A stretch of DNA of 64,000 nucleotides from Terriglobia bacterium (GCA_965198225.1 CBDAOY010000005.1:512001-576000); one strand, 5' to 3'. Counted from the first letter of the stretch, positions 42,045 through 53,431 are shown. The notes: generated from the sequence alone by a model not told the origin. A program made the numbers and translations.

Positions 42045-43472
42045 CAGACTGTGTGAAAAGTCGGCGACAGCCGGGCGGGAGTCGGTGAACTGGCTTCGGG
42101 TCCCCCATGGGGGTTGGTAAAATGTGTCATGGCACATATCACCGGTGAAGATCGTTCCCAACTTCTACTTCTGCCCGATGCTGTGGACGACTACGTGGGA
42201 CCGGACAACCCGGTCCGTTTCATTGATGCGTTCGTCGACGGCCTCGACCTTGAGGCTGCTGGAGTCCAGCGCGTTCGGCCCAACGACAAGGGCCGTCCGG
42301 GCTAGGATCCCGCGGATCTGCTGAAGCTGTATATCTATGGGTATCTGAATCGTATTCGGTCGAGCCGCAGGCTGGAGACAGAGACGCATCGCAACCTCGA
42401 GGCGATCTGGCTGCTACGCCAGCTGAAGCCCGACTTCAAGACGATCTTCGACTTCCGGCGCGACAATCGGCATGCGTTCCGGGCGGTTTTTCGGCAGTTC
42501 GTGCGGTTGTGCCGGGAACTCGACCTGTACGGGCGGGAGTTGATCGCCGTGGACGGCACGCGCATCAAGGCGGTGAACCAGCGGGACCGCAACTTCACGC
42601 GGGCCAAGCTGAAGACGGACCTGCAGCGTATCGACGACCGACTCGACCGCTACCTTGACCAGCTGAACGAGGCCGACGCGGATGATGCCGGCGGCAGAGC
42701 GGCTGCCGTGGCGGATCTTCAGGAGAAGATCGCATCGATCCGTAAGAGGAAGGAGACCTTGGAGGGGCATCGGCAGACGCTGGACGATACCGGAGAAGCC
42801 CAGCTGTCGCTTACGGATCCGGACTCCCGGTCAATGCATTCCAGGACACGGGTCGGAGTGGGCTACAACGTCCAGATCGCTGTCGACACCAAGCACAACC
42901 TGATCGCCGAACAGCAGGTCCATAGCAAGGTCTCGGACCTGGGTCTGCTCGCGGAGACGGCTACAGCGGCTCGGGAGAACTTGCCTGTCGACGAGATCGA
43001 CGCAATCGCGGACCGAGGCTACTACAAGATCGAAGACATTGAGGACTGCGAAGCCGCCGGGATCACGCCCTACGTTCCGAAGCCCGACCGGAGCACGGCC
43101 AGACGCAGTGGCCACTTTCCGAAGTCCGATTTCCAATACGACGACGCCACGGACACCTACCGGTGCCCCGCTGGTGAGCGCCTGGTGCCGTTGTATCGCC
43201 GAAGCGTGGGTAAGTCGCGCACAGGCACGTATCTTGTCAGTTACGCCAACCGCGCCGCATGCAGAGGCTGCGGTCTAGGCGAACGATGTACCAAGAACAC
43301 CTATCGGCGCATCACGCGCTTCGAGAACGAAGCAACGATGGAGCGCATGGCGAACCGTCTCGCCGCCCGGCCCGAGGTGATGGATCGTCGCCGGGAGTCG
43401 GTCGAGCATCCCTTCGGTTCGATTAAGCAGTGGATGGGCCAAGGCGCGTTCCTGATGCGCTGGCTCGGTTGA
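42045..43472 (+). mobile_element. IS1182 second copy; transposase with in-frame TAG (42303-42305) and 3' truncation
   Basis: Near-identical to the 13240-14754 copy in inverted orientation; starts CAGACTGTGTGAAAAG. Confidence 0.9.
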
Positions 43473-43568
43473 ACGAGTTTTTCGATGCTAAGACCGACGA
43501 GTTGCTGTCCTGGCACGGGTAGTTCATGTAAAAATTCATAATTCCCGTTTCCCGGGCAAGGAGGAACC

Positions 43569-43886
43569 ATGATGCTAGTGGGCAAGTGCTCTTTTATCGT
43601 TGGATTGGTGATCGCTGTGGCCGGAGGCTTAGGCTTTGAACAAGCTTGGTTTGGCTGGGTACTCGCAGTGCTCGGTCTGATCGTTGGATTCTTGAATGTC
43701 AGCGACAAGGAGAGTCAGACCTTCCTCTTAGCGGCGATAGCGCTGATCGTAGCGGCAACCGCTGTCGGAGCGATCCCCTACATCGGGGATGTGGTGACCC
43801 GGGTCATCGCGAATCTCGTGCTCTTCCTGGGGGGCGCGGTCTTGGTCGTAGCGGTTAAGAGTCTGTTCGCGGTAGCGAGAGATTGA
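43569..43886 (+). CDS. small four-TM membrane protein
   Basis: Strong RBS AAGGAGG; LGLIVGFLNVSDKESQTFLLAAIAL motif. Confidence 0.8.
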   Translation: MMLVGKCSFIVGLVIAVAGGLGFEQAWFGWVLAVLGLIVGFLNVSDKESQTFLLAAIALIVAATAVGAIPYIGDVVTRVIANLVLFLGGAVLVVAVKSLFAVARD

Positions 43887-44211
43887 AGTCGCTCTGACGC
43901 AGGCGGCAACGGGGCCGGAAAGACTTTTCACGAAAGAGGCGTTCTCGCCCAGTCGCTTTCAGCACTACACCCGCCCCATGAAACCGACGTCCGGATCGAT
44001 CTCGCGGGTCTCGGCCATCGCGTCCACCTAGTCAAGGAGGGTGAAAGGGTGCCGTGCCTAGGGCGACGTGTCCGGCGTCCTCGGCTCGCGGCGCACGATT
44101 TGAAGACCCGGTTTCAGGCTGTCGCGTTGTTTCATGGTGATAAAACCGCCGTTCGGTGATGGCTTCGCGGACTGCCGCCTGGGATCGGGGGGCTGAGGCA
44201 CCGCGCCGCCC

Positions 44212-44457
44212 TCACCTGAACCGCCGGTACCCCCTCGCCTCGCGCAGGCGCGCCTCGGCCAGCTCCTCCGCCGCGGCTCGCGGGAGCAGCCCTTTGTCCC
44301 GTGAACGCTCGAGCGTTTCACGCGTGTTCGTGCCGACTTTCTCTTCGATCGTCGCCAGAGCCTGGGTCGGGCCACCCCCGTGGTATTCGACCGCCGCGCA
44401 GATGACGCCGCCGGCGTTGGCGATGAAGTCGGGGATGCTCACGACCCCATTCTCGTG
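44212..44457 (-). pseudogene. Glu/Leu/Phe/Val dehydrogenase C-terminal fragment cut by IS5
   Basis: IPDFIANAGGVICAAVEY. Confidence 0.8.
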
Positions 44458-45561
44458 GACCTTGTTGCATGGATCATCCCGAAGGATGTCTTATCATTGT
44501 GTTTTTCAACACCGGGGATAACTTAGATGCCACATAAGTTCAACGCAGCCCGACGGCACAAGTTTGATAAGGCGCAGTACCGGGTGATCAACTGGGCGGA
44601 ATATAACGAGAGCCTGCGCCAGCGGGGTGATCTGACGATTTGGGTCAGTGATGAGGCTCAAAGTGTGTGGCGCGCGCCGCGCCGCACGTCACGGGGTGGC
44701 CAGCGGAGATACTCGGATCTGGCTATCGAGACATGCCTGACGCTGCGCACGGCGTATCGGCTTGGGTTGCGACAAACGCAGGGGCTGATGGGTTCCATCG
44801 GCACGCTCATGGGGCTGGATATACGGGTGCCGGACTTCTCCACACTGTCGCGTCGCGCAAACGGCTTGAGCATCGCGCAGGTGATGAGGCAAGCCGGGTC
44901 TGTGCCTGTCCATCTGGTGGTGGACAGTACCGGCCTCAAGATCTTCGGCGAAGGGGAATGGCTCGCGCAGAAACATAAAACCAGGGGAATACGCCGCCGC
45001 TGGCGCAAACTCCACCTCGGACTGGACCTCCATAGCGGTGCGATTGTTTGCGCCAATCTGACTCACGATGACGTTGGAGACAGCACCGCCTTGCCCGGGC
45101 TCCTGGATCAACTCGATGCCCCTGTCACGGGCTTTCTGGCGGACGGCGCCTATGATGGAGCGTCCACACGGGATCTGCTGAGGGAACGGTATGGGGAGAC
45201 CCTGGATGTGGTTATACCGCCGCCAAAGAACGCAGTGATCCGACCGCAATCGGCGCGGGATCCAACCGTTCGGGATCGCCATATTGCCCAGATCCGCAGC
45301 AACGGCCGCATGGCCTGGCAAGTGGCCACAGGGTACAACCAGCGCAGCCGGATAGAAACGCAGATCGGCCGGTGGAAGAGCGTCATCGGCCCCAAGCTCA
45401 AATCTCGCAGCTTCTCCAGGCAAATCACGGAGATCCAGGTCGGCCAGAAAGTCCTGAACACAATGACCGCACTCGGACGGCCTGTGTTCGAACGTATCGC
45501 CTGACGCTACCGCTTTGGAAAGGGCGAATTCCATCTCCGCCCCGATCCATGCAACAACGCT
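44458..45561 (+). mobile_element. IS5-family (IS903-like) element, copy 1, 1104 bp
   Basis: IRs GACCTTGTTGCATGGATC / GATCCATGCAACAACGCT. Confidence 0.95.
44527..45504 (+). CDS. IS5-family transposase
   Basis: NWAEYNESLRQRG, VDSTGLK, WRKLH, ADGAYD, GYNQRSRIET. Confidence 0.95.
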   Translation: MPHKFNAARRHKFDKAQYRVINWAEYNESLRQRGDLTIWVSDEAQSVWRAPRRTSRGGQRRYSDLAIETCLTLRTAYRLGLRQTQGLMGSIGTLMGLDIRVPDFSTLSRRANGLSIAQVMRQAGSVPVHLVVDSTGLKIFGEGEWLAQKHKTRGIRRRWRKLHLGLDLHSGAIVCANLTHDDVGDSTALPGLLDQLDAPVTGFLADGAYDGASTRDLLRERYGETLDVVIPPPKNAVIRPQSARDPTVRDRHIAQIRSNGRMAWQVATGYNQRSRIETQIGRWKSVIGPKLKSRSFSRQITEIQVGQKVLNTMTALGRPVFERIA

Positions 45562-46875
45562 TCATAGCTGTAGCTCCGCCAACGCCCTCCGGGCGCATTC
45601 TGCTCGTCCCAGGTCGCCTTGCGCTCGTGCCGGTTCAGCGGGTTGTAGCATTTGACAAAATCCGACAGATCCTCGAAGCGCATCGGCTTCTTCTTCAGTG
45701 TGTGGTGGATATTGGTGCGGTAGTCGTAGAACCAGACCTGCTTCGTCCAGGGGTTCGGGCTGGCTTCGTGGTTATCGAAAAAGATCACATTGGCCTTAAC
45801 CCCTTGCGCGTAGAACACGCCGGTCGGAAGTCGCAGGATGGTGTGCAGGTCCGTGTTTTCCAGAAGCTTCTTTCGGATGGGTCTCACCGGCACCGCCCTC
45901 GAACAGCACGTTGTCGGGTACGACGACGGCCGCACGGCCGGTGGTTTTCAACATCGTGCGAATGTGCTGCACGAAATTGAGTTGCTTGTTCGACGTGGTC
46001 GCCCAGAAGTCCTGCCGGTTGTAGGTCAGGTCGTCCTTTTCCTGTTCGCCTTCCTCGTTGGTAAAGCTCATGGAACTCTTCTTGCCGAAAGGCGGGTTCG
46101 CGAGCACATAGTCAAAGCGCTTGCCGGCGTCGGCCACAAGCGAGTCATTCGCCGATATGGGTGCGCCGCCATCGATCTCACCGATGTTGTGCAGGAACAT
46201 GTTCATCAGGCACAGACGACGCGTGTTGGCAACGATCTCGTTGCCATGAAACGCATCGTGCTTCAGGAAGGCCTTCTGCTTCTTGTCGAGCGTGAAGTTA
46301 TCCGGATTGGTGATGAAGTCGTAGGCCGCCAGAAAGAATCCCCCGGTACCGCAGGCCGGGTCGGCGATAAGCTTACCCGGTTCGGGCCGCACGCATTCGA
46401 CCATGGCGCGGATGAGAGCACGCGGCGTGAAATATTGTCCGGCGCCCGATTTCGTGTCCTCGGCGTTTCGCTCCAGCAGGTTTTCGTAAATATCGCCCTT
46501 GATGTCGGCGCCCATGGTGACCCACTCGGTGTCGTCGACCATGTCGATCAGGCGGTACAGTTTCGCCGGGTCCTGGATCTTGTTCTGGGCCTTGGTAAAG
46601 ATCTGCCCCAACATGCCCTTCCTGGTGCCGAGTGTGCGGAGCAGCGCAATGTAGTGGCTTTCCAGTTCCGCGCCATTCCTGGACTTTAGGCTCTGCCAGT
46701 TGTATTCGGCGGGGATGCTGACATCGCGGTCGTAAGGCGGTTTCGCATATTCGTCAGCCATCTTCAGGAAGATCAGATAGGTAAGCTGCTCCAGGTAGTC
46801 GCCATAGCCGACCCCGTCATCGCGCAGGGTGGTGCAGAAGCTCCAGACTTGGGAGACGATGGGGGCGGTGTTCAT
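45562..46875 (-). pseudogene. hsdM: type I RM methyltransferase HsdM (frameshift at ~45880; C-terminus displaced to 53432-53618)
   Basis: GQYFTPR, DPACGTGGF, ANPPFG, LRLPTG. Confidence 0.92.
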
Positions 46876-48479
46876 GCGGAGGTGTTCTTCCCCTTGATCT
46901 GTTCAGCGAGGGCCTCGCCTTGAGCGGTTCGGCGATAGCGTTGGTTTCGGCTATTCGGCTTGTCGGGGAGGGTCATTTCAACCAGTTCGGCCTTAAGGGC
47001 GGGCCGCAAATAGACCGTGGCGAAGTGGCGGCGGTGTCTCAGTTGCAGTGCCATTTGCAGTTCCGCCCGGCTCATCTCTCCGGTGAGCGCAGTCATCAGT
47101 TGCTCGACATGTGCGGTGACTTGGTCGGTCGTTTGTGAGGTATGCCGAGTATTGTCCTGCTTTATCAAAGACGTATCTTGTGCGGTGACTTGGTCGGTCT
47201 CATGTTTGGTCGCCACATGTGACGCCCGCTCGTGCACTGGCAGACGAACCAGAAACCAGGTGCGATCCTCGTCGCCTTCAAACACCGGCGCCGGGGAGCC
47301 GTTCTGCTGCATGGCTCGCAGAATCTTGGGTATTCCGGTTGACCTGCCCTCGGCCAACTCGAGTTCCTTGAGAAACTCTCCAATTCGACGATTGCGGTAG
47401 CGGCGGCCGATCGGCCTGCCCTTTTGCAGGTCTTCCATGCGGATTGACCGGTCGGCGCCGGGAAAACTCAAGATCGGCAGTTCTTGTGGGGTGATGCGCA
47501 CCTCCACCGGCTCTCGTTCTTCATATGAACGGTGATAGATCGCATTCACCAACGCCTCTTCGATGGCACCAATGGGAAAGTTCCAGAATCGCTCCGCTTC
47601 GGGCTTGTGTGGATGCTTGACGACAGTTTCCTTCAGGTAGTTTCGTCCGATGTAGCTGATCGCCTCGCTGAGGATGATCGACAGAGGACCCTGAAAGATC
47701 TTTTCCTCAAAGCGGTCACCACCGGCCCCGTCGGGAAACCATACGACATCGATCTGGGTCGCGGAGAAGAAATCGTGCGGCCGGTCGTTGAAAAACAGCA
47801 AGCCGACGTTCTTGGGGAACATCGTTTCGGGAGGACCGCCGACGATGTTCATGCGCTGCCCCAGGGCCGTCATTGAAAGCTCTGCGGCTTCTGCGGCAAG
47901 GTCGCTGCCAACTTCCCCGAGAAATTGCTCAATCAGTCGAAGGGACAGATCTTCCATCGAGGACGCCTGGTGGTAACGGTCGTCGAACGGCACGGTGGCG
48001 GCCAAGCCGAGCAATTCTCGTTCGTCGCCGCCCTTGGCCCGGACGGTGCTGCTGTGCTTGCGAATGAAGTAGGCCCATTCCGGCCGTTTCGTCGTCAGAT
48101 TGACTTTGGCCTTGTAAGGGCGAGTTTCCCCGCCGGGCGCCCACAGCACGACAACCGTCCTGCCTTCAACGTTGTAGCTGGCAGTGAGTGGATGGTAATG
48201 GGGCTGCATAGCGGAATGCCCCAGACTCAGCAACTCCTTCTGCGCAGCGTCGATACGCTCGTCGTCGATGCCTTTGGGTGGCAGCAGTGGGCGTCCGTTT
48301 TGTTCTTCGACACCTAAAACCACATAACCGCCGCCTAGATTGTGGAAGTCGTTGGCGAAGGCGCAGATCGTGTGCAACACACTCTTGGGATTCCAACCGG
48401 CCTTGTATTCGATGCGCTCGCCTTCAATGGTGCGTTGGCGCAGCAGGTGGTCGATGTTGATGGGAAGCTTACCCGTCAT
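46872..48479 (-). CDS. AlbA_2 (Schlafen-like) + ATP-binding (RecG C-terminal-like/HATPase) + HTH protein
   Basis: EGERIEYK, ICAFAN..GGY.VLGV, EALVNAIYHRSY, YRNRRIG, EGRSTGI, PDKPNSRNQRY. Confidence 0.88.
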   Translation of the reverse strand: MTGKLPINIDHLLRQRTIEGERIEYKAGWNPKSVLHTICAFANDFHNLGGGYVVLGVEEQNGRPLLPPKGIDDERIDAAQKELLSLGHSAMQPHYHPLTASYNVEGRTVVVLWAPGGETRPYKAKVNLTTKRPEWAYFIRKHSSTVRAKGGDERELLGLAATVPFDDRYHQASSMEDLSLRLIEQFLGEVGSDLAAEAAELSMTALGQRMNIVGGPPETMFPKNVGLLFFNDRPHDFFSATQIDVVWFPDGAGGDRFEEKIFQGPLSIILSEAISYIGRNYLKETVVKHPHKPEAERFWNFPIGAIEEALVNAIYHRSYEEREPVEVRITPQELPILSFPGADRSIRMEDLQKGRPIGRRYRNRRIGEFLKELELAEGRSTGIPKILRAMQQNGSPAPVFEGDEDRTWFLVRLPVHERASHVATKHETDQVTAQDTSLIKQDNTRHTSQTTDQVTAHVEQLMTALTGEMSRAELQMALQLRHRRHFATVYLRPALKAELVEMTLPDKPNSRNQRYRRTAQGEALAEQIKGKNTSA

Positions 48480-49435
48480 GCTGTTGCTTTGGCGCGTCTA
48501 CGTCTTCCTGGGGTGACGGTCTTGTCAGGATGTACTGCTCTTTCGGCTTTGATTCGTCCGAGCAATGCAGACGCGGGCTCATCGTTGGCGTCTTGGGGGA
48601 CCAGTTGTCCGGTGAAGGCTTTTTTCAGGATCGATTGGCGAAGAGATTCGGCACGTTGAAGCTCTGTTTCAATTGCTGTGCCACAATCACGACAAATAGA
48701 TAGTTTTTCATCCAGAAGCCTGGTAATTTCCTGTTGCTCTTCTTCTGAACAGACGGGAACTACCACATGTTGGATGTCGCGCAAATAGATCGCTTGTTGA
48801 GCGGTCGCCCCCGATGATGACACTACGCGCCTATTAATTTCTGGCGACTTGAGTGCGTCAATCAAGAACCTGCTATCAATCGGATCAGATACCTTGATCA
48901 GAATTACGCTCCCAAGAAGGCAAAATGTCACATCTGTATCGACGATGCACATCCTGCCTACTGTTGCCCCGCGGCTTACTATCAGAATGTCACCCTTTTC
49001 TGGGTCACACCGCAACCTCGCTTCGCGTGCGGTCGATTTAGTAATATAGAGTGGATCAATTAATGAAATCCCGCCTTCCCTAATGTCTTTCGCAGACGAG
49101 AAAGGGATACCATAGTCTTGTACCGGAGGTCTAAAATGTTCCCCATCTGTAAGGCCCTTTTTGAAGACAACTCGCCCAGTTTCTGCCATGCCCAACCGCG
49201 CGGTAACGCCGGCAATGAAGACATATCCGTTTCGTCTAAAGGCGAAACGTCCATAGGCTTCTTTGGCTTTGTCGTCTTCTTCCCCGGTGTTCCCCACCCC
49301 TTGACAGATGTCTCCCACTCCTGGTGTTGCCGTTCGTAGATAGCCTCCCGCTCCTGCTTGATGCGAGCGAGCAATTGCTCTGGCTTCTCAAGTTTGTCTT
49401 TGTTCTCTTCGCGCCACTTGGCCGTGAGCTTTCGT
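48476..49435 (-). pseudogene. hsdS: type I RM specificity subunit HsdS, 5'-deleted and frameshifted
   Basis: LPRGWAWQKLG, GDILIVSRGATVG, EEQQEI, LRQSILKKAFTGQLVPQD.NDEPASALL. Confidence 0.85.
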
Positions 49436-49545
49436 CGTGGTTGGCTTCCAGATATTGCTTGAAATCCTGCACCACCGCTTCCGCGTTCTCGTGCGCGTCG
49501 CCCTCCCATCCGGTTTCGATCACGGTGTCCGGGTTCTCATGATCG
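49436..49545 (-). pseudogene. HsdR C-terminal region fragment
   Basis: NPDTVIETGWEGDAHENAEAVVQDFKQYLEANHDE. Confidence 0.55.
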
Positions 49546-49666
49546 ATGGTTTGTTCCTTGCGAATGCATCCGCCCAGCGCAACGGGTCGATCGCAGGCGG
49601 CGGCCTTCCCAAATCGGCGAAACAGGTTTCAGAAGACCGTGACTATTATCTACAATTTCCGGCGAA

Positions 49667-49961
49667 CATGACCGAAGACGAACGCCAGGACCTGCTTAGA
49701 ACGGTAAGCGAGAGCCACGCGAGCCTGTCCGAGGTCGCCCTCAAGTTACGGCGGGCACTGCCGCCGAAAGCCCCCGCACTGAAGGCAGCGATAAAGGCTG
49801 AGCGTGGGGCCTTCGATCTCAAGCGCACGCTTCAGCAACTCGTTGTTGAGGACCTTGAACAAGCAAAAGGGCTCGTGGCATTGCCCGAGGTTCGCCTGGG
49901 CGGCAAGGTGGTCGACGTGAAGCTGCTATTACGGCAAAAGGATCGGCGCGAGGAGCCATGA
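49667..49961 (+). CDS. hypothetical protein
   Basis: Helical ORF MTEDERQDLL...; no motif recognised; start approximate. Confidence 0.45.
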
Positions 49962-50214
49962 ATGGCTGTCGGCGGTCAGCGAGATGTAGAACGGCTCCCG
50001 GCACTCCTATAGTTCCTGAATGACCTTTATATATTTGGTGAGATCGGCGCTCGTCACCATGTCCGCCAAGGCGCCATAAGTCATGGCCACGTGTCTAGAA
50101 TAATGAACGTCTTTCTAAACGATATCCGACTACAGATTGTTCTGGAGTCGATAGTCGTTAATTGTCGCAAACAGACCTCGGTTCGCCTTTTCTTGGACGC
50201 CGCGTTGAAAACCG

Positions 50215-50445
50215 TCACCACCGCTGCATCTCCACTCGTTCGCAGGAGCTCGCCAACCAGAAGTTGGAGATCCTCCAGTTCAGCCAGACACGCCACTGCC
50301 AAAGCCAAGTGGAAACTGCTCGGCCGGCCCAAGGGGGCCTTGGGAACATCTACTGTTGGGCAAGGATGTCTCCAAGGCCTCAATCGCCAAGATTTTGGAC
50401 GTCTCCTGCTCCGCCCTCTACCACTTCACCAAACCCGCAAGATCG
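50215..50445 (+). pseudogene. resolvase remnant with large internal deletion
   Basis: ISTRSQELANQKLEILQF joined to LGRPKGALG...SKASIAKILDVSCSALYHF. Confidence 0.6.
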
Positions 50446-50624
50446 TTCCAAATTGACCCTAAAGCGCCTGGGCGCCCTTATGCGGTAGTTAAACAGCAAT
50501 CCAGGAGGCTAGCCTGTCAGTCCGTGCTGGAGTTCCGTGGTCAACCGCCTCGGCGGTCAAGTGGTGTAATCGGGAATCAAGCCTCCCTTGATAAGCCTGC
50601 GGCAATGCCGCACAATTAAGGCCT

Positions 50625-50951
50625 GTGCGTATCTTCACCACCAGAACCTACGAGCGCGCCGTTCGCAAGCTCATGTCCGAAGTGGAGCGCCAGAAAATGG
50701 AGGCGGAGATCGTTGCCGATCCCGGCCGGGCGCCTTTGCTCCGAGGAACGGGAGGTATTCGCAAGCTGCGTTGGACAGGATCGGGACGGGGAAAGCGAGG
50801 CGGAATTCGGACAATTTACTTCCATCACGCAGGACCGGAGGCCATCTATATGCTGACAGCCTATGCGAAGGCCGACCGAGACGACCTGACTCCGGCAGAC
50901 CGGAAAACCCTATCGCGGCTGGTGGCCGCGATCAAGAAAGAGGGGAGGTAA
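50625..50951 (+). CDS. RelE/HigB-family toxin
   Basis: GTGGIRKLRW..GRGKRGGIRTIY..LTAYAK. Confidence 0.92.
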   Translation: MRIFTTRTYERAVRKLMSEVERQKMEAEIVADPGRAPLLRGTGGIRKLRWTGSGRGKRGGIRTIYFHHAGPEAIYMLTAYAKADRDDLTPADRKTLSRLVAAIKKEGR

Positions 50952-50955
50952 GACG

Positions 50956-51261
50956 ATGACGACGAAACGAACCCAAGTGGGTCGAGAGGCGGAGGCAGCC
51001 TTGGGGGAGGTTCTTGCCCATGTGCGCGGCGAAGTGGATCTGCCGTGCCGCATTGTCGACGATCCCACTGCAGAGCACATTCTTGCGCTACGGAAGCGTA
51101 TGAAATTGAGCCGCCAGAAGTTCGCGGACCGATTCGGTCTCGACGCACGTGCCGTGCAGGAATGGGAACAGGGGCGCCGCGTTCCAGATCGCGCCGCCCG
51201 CGTTCTGCTGACCGTCATCGACCGCGACCCTGAGGCGGTCGTGCGTGTGCTCAGCGAGTAA
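50956..51261 (+). CDS. HigA-like XRE HTH antitoxin
   Basis: LRKRMKLSRQKFADRFG...VQEWEQGRRVPD.AARVLL. Confidence 0.92.
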   Translation: MTTKRTQVGREAEAALGEVLAHVRGEVDLPCRIVDDPTAEHILALRKRMKLSRQKFADRFGLDARAVQEWEQGRRVPDRAARVLLTVIDRDPEAVVRVLSE

Positions 51262-51735
51262 CGGGCGCGAGAGAATGCGCAGAACGTCAAGCATGGCCTG
51301 AAATGGCTGGTTACCATCACAATGCCACTTAATCAACTCGGTTTCGTTAAGCACAGAAGTAGCATTAGTGAGCGAATAGAGGACCAGATTCGTAGGGTAT
51401 TTTCCATGCTTGACCAATCCGGGGAGGTCTGTCGCGATCCAGATCTGGGCCGATTCGAGCAAGTAGAAGAGTAAGAGCACGTAGTAGCCCCTGTGGACCC
51501 TGTGAAAAAAGCAGAATCGAAACATTTTAGAGCCGGAATCGGAGTCGGAAAAAGACCCTTTTAGGTTGAAAACCGGGGAAATCGGAATCGGATGGAGGTA
51601 AGGCCTGTCTGTATGGGAGAGGCGAGAGCACCGATGCCCTAACGACTTGCCGTAGAAGGCCGCTCACGACGTTTAGAGCCTTGGAGACGTAGCAGAAACC
51701 CCCTTGACGCATCCCCTCCCACCGTCCAGGCGAGC

Positions 51736-52327
51736 CTAGGAGCCTGTCGGCAATAAGAAATCTGGAGAAGTCTGAAGCGCCCCATCGCGATTTCAGGATG
51801 AAGGCCACCTTGGGAAGCGTTTGCTCAGACAGATCCATGAGATGAGATTGCGGCAGCCCCCATTGAGCGCGATACGTATTTTTCATCCGCGGATTCTGTG
51901 TTTGCCAGGATCTCCCTGCTTCGATTCAAGCCGCCAGTGGCTTGAATCCTCCTCCGTAACGAAACAACTTCAGGATGTTGTGGGTCAAACAGACCAGTTG
52001 CCATTCCGCCCGCACGTTCTCGAGACCGCGGAAACTGAAACGCCGGAATCCCCGGCATTCCCGGGTCTGTCCGAATACCGGTTCCACAATCACCTTGCGC
52101 ATCTTGTAGACGGCCCGCCCCACATCGCTGTCCAGTTTCTGTTTCATTTGCTCCCGTACGCCGGCGCCTTCAGCCGCTCCGGGCGGGCCGCCGGAAGACT
52201 TCGGGGATGCGCCGGTCCGGACTCGCCCCGTGGCCCCGTGTAAATCGATCCCTGCGGCTCGCGGGTCGGTCACCTGCCTGGGGCTCCAATACCCGGCATC
52301 CGCGCTGACCGCGACGGGCCGGGTCCC
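51736..52327 (-). mobile_element. 3' remnant of a different IS1182-family element, cut by IS5
   Basis: YKMRKVIVEPVFGQ..RGFRRFSFRGLENVRAEW.LVCLTHNILKL; end CCGACAGGCTCCTAG. Confidence 0.8.
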
Positions 52328-53431
52328 AGCGTTGTTGCATGGATCGGGGCGGAGATGGAATTCGCCCTTTCCAAAGCGGTAGCGTCAGGCGATACGTTCG
52401 AACACAGGCCGTCCGAGTGCGGTCATTGTGTTCAGGACTTTCTGGCCGACCTGGATCTCCGTGATTTGCCTGGAGAAGCTGCGAGATTTGAGCTTGGGGC
52501 CGATGACGCTCTTCCACCGGCCGATCTGCGTTTCTATCCGGCTGCGCTGGTTGTACCCTGTGGCCACTTGCCAGGCCATGCGGCCGTTGCTGCGGATCTG
52601 GGCAATATGGCGATCCCGAACGGTTGGATCCCGCGCCGATTGCGGTCGGATCACTGCGTTCTTTGGCGGCGGTATAACCACATCCAGGGTCTCCCCATAC
52701 CGTTCCCTCAGCAGATCCCGTGTGGACGCTCCATCATAGGCGCCGTCCGCCAGAAAGCCCGTGACAGGGGCATCGAGTTGATCCAGGAGCCCGGGCAAGG
52801 CGGTGCTGTCTCCAACGTCATCGTGAGTCAGATTGGCGCAAACAATCGCACCGCTATGGAGGTCCAGTCCGAGGTGGAGTTTGCGCCAGCGGCGGCGTAT
52901 TCCCCTGGTTTTATGTTTCTGCGCGAGCCATTCCCCTTCGCCGAAGATCTTGAGGCCGGTACTGTCCACCACCAGATGGACAGGCACAGACCCGGCTTGC
53001 CTCATCACCTGCGCGATGCTCAAGCCGTTTGCGCGACGCGACAGTGTGGAGAAGTCCGGCACCCGTATATCCAGCCCCATGAGCGTGCCGATGGAACCCA
53101 TCAGCCCCTGCGTTTGTCGCAACCCAAGCCGATACGCCGTGCGCAGCGTCAGGCATGTCTCGATAGCCAGATCCGAGTATCTCCGCTGGCCACCCCGTGA
53201 CGTGCGGCGCGGCGCGCGCCACACACTTTGAGCCTCATCACTGACCCAAATCGTCAGATCACCCCGCTGGCGCAGGCTCTCGTTATATTCCGCCCAGTTG
53301 ATCACCCGGTACTGCGCCTTATCAAACTTGTGCCGTCGGGCTGCGTTGAACTTATGTGGCATCTAAGTTATCCCCGGTGTTGAAAAACACAATGATAAGA
53401 CATCCTTCGGGATGATCCATGCAACAAGGTC
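52328..53431 (-). mobile_element. IS5-family element, copy 2 (inverted, identical protein)
   Basis: Same IRs and same 325-aa transposase as copy 1. Confidence 0.95.
52385..53362 (-). CDS. IS5-family transposase
   Basis: Translation identical to 44527..45504. Confidence 0.95.
   Translation of the reverse strand: MPHKFNAARRHKFDKAQYRVINWAEYNESLRQRGDLTIWVSDEAQSVWRAPRRTSRGGQRRYSDLAIETCLTLRTAYRLGLRQTQGLMGSIGTLMGLDIRVPDFSTLSRRANGLSIAQVMRQAGSVPVHLVVDSTGLKIFGEGEWLAQKHKTRGIRRRWRKLHLGLDLHSGAIVCANLTHDDVGDSTALPGLLDQLDAPVTGFLADGAYDGASTRDLLRERYGETLDVVIPPPKNAVIRPQSARDPTVRDRHIAQIRSNGRMAWQVATGYNQRSRIETQIGRWKSVIGPKLKSRSFSRQITEIQVGQKVLNTMTALGRPVFERIA

Noticed and set aside
26132-42305. In-frame TAG at likely Tyr positions in dinB (26132) and IS1182 copy 2 (42303), suggesting stop-codon recoding
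   Set aside because: TAG is the normal terminator of intact genes here (e.g. 6243, 8549, 19352), and the other IS1182 copy has TAC, so these are simple nonsense mutations or errors.
44458-53431. Composite IS5 transposon carrying the RM genes
   Set aside because: The outer flanks share no target duplication; the duplication pattern indicates insertion into hsdM plus inversion.
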